Part shown: piece by piece, positions 63,364 through 64,000 of the stretch
How positions within the stretch are numbered: the stretch's first letter is position 1
How the letters are laid out: each line of letters opens with the position of its first letter
Source of the DNA: Sphagnum compactum
Taxonomy: Eukaryota
Length of the DNA stretch: 64,000 nucleotides
Direction of reading: 5' to 3'
Assembly: GCA_965153455.1 (NCBI GenBank)
Contig: OZ234494.1
Coordinates: forward strand, 9,052,001-9,116,000
Notes under the pieces: generated by a model
The model's database searches: none
Seen by the model: the letters and a program-made list of their open reading frames with translations, nothing else
What the model was told of the DNA's origin: nothing
Made by a program: the position numbers and the translations under genes

Positions 63364-64000
63364 ATTGCTTTATTTGAGTCTTGCAGTTTTTATTCTGCAC
63401 TGGGGCTTGGGGGGGAGGAGCCATGCAGCGATGTGTTTTGTTATAGCTCTGGATAAGAGTGTTTGAAGAAATACTAAGAGCTACACAGAGCTGATAGTTG
63501 TGGATCACAGTTGTGCCACATGAACAGGGTCTGAAGACTTTTTACTCCCAAGTCTCCATTGTCATCAAAAACTGCAGTTTGTAAAGTTTGCTGAAGCTTT
63601 TTTGTTTTTCCTTTCTGGTTTTTGGGTGTGGTGACTTGTTGAGTGTGGCTGTTGGGTTGTTGTGTGTGTGCATATTTCCATATCGTAGAACTCCCCCTCT
63701 TCTGCTGTTCTTGTAACGGTATGTAACTTGTGCAAATCAAGGATAGTTGCTGTTTTTGACAACACACAAAAACTTGAAGTTTGCGATGGACAACAAGATG
63801 AAAGCATCCAGTCTGGGAAGCAGACATTGGAACTGGACTCCAGTGGTGCAAGTGACAAGAAGAGCACTCTGGCAGCTTGGATTCTTCAACAACTTGCAAC
63901 AGCTACTCTGAAGCAAACATTTTTCAACTTCCTTCGAAGCAACAAGAAGGAACAATACTGCATGCATTTCTGCACATCAAAACAGACCGCGGAGTCTTCC

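Noticed and set aside
63474-63967. Minus-strand ORFs at the window end
   Set aside because: No recognisable motifs; more likely intron or UTR sequence. Cannot be supported without flanking sequence.

Overview
AT-rich eukaryotic (land-plant) genomic DNA. The repeat style suggests a moss, possibly Sphagnum; this is an inference, not shown directly. The first ~56 kb is a nest of transposable elements, and two host genes lie in the last 7 kb. From left to right: (1) a disabled Ty1/Copia element (1-4881, minus strand) with a half-tRNA-Met primer site, inserted in the arm of a Mutator-like element (MULE); (2) two decayed copies of a GCM/DDE/SWIM MULE transposase (~13970-19600 and ~46530-54290), each interrupted by LTR-type insertions; (3) several MITEs of MULE type and hAT type; (4) the main object, a complete 15,046-bp MULE (28313-43358) with 37-bp TIRs and a 9-bp TSD supported by an empty-site paralog inside this window. 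This MULE carries a 4-exon DDE+SWIM transposase (minus strand, one nonsense mutation) that resembles the domesticated angiosperm AT4G13970/AT1G60560 family. It also carries a convergent spliced C2H2 zinc-finger accessory gene, a ~20-unit palindrome array in that gene's predicted leader intron, and many GTATTGC-motif and telo-box tandem arrays, an architecture reminiscent of MuDR/VANDAL two-component elements. The host genes are an intronless ROMO1/Mgr2 homolog (57736-57960) and an LRR-less ANP32-related acidic protein (from 61175) preceded by a candidate conserved-peptide uORF. All family assignments come from motif recognition by eye; no searches were run.
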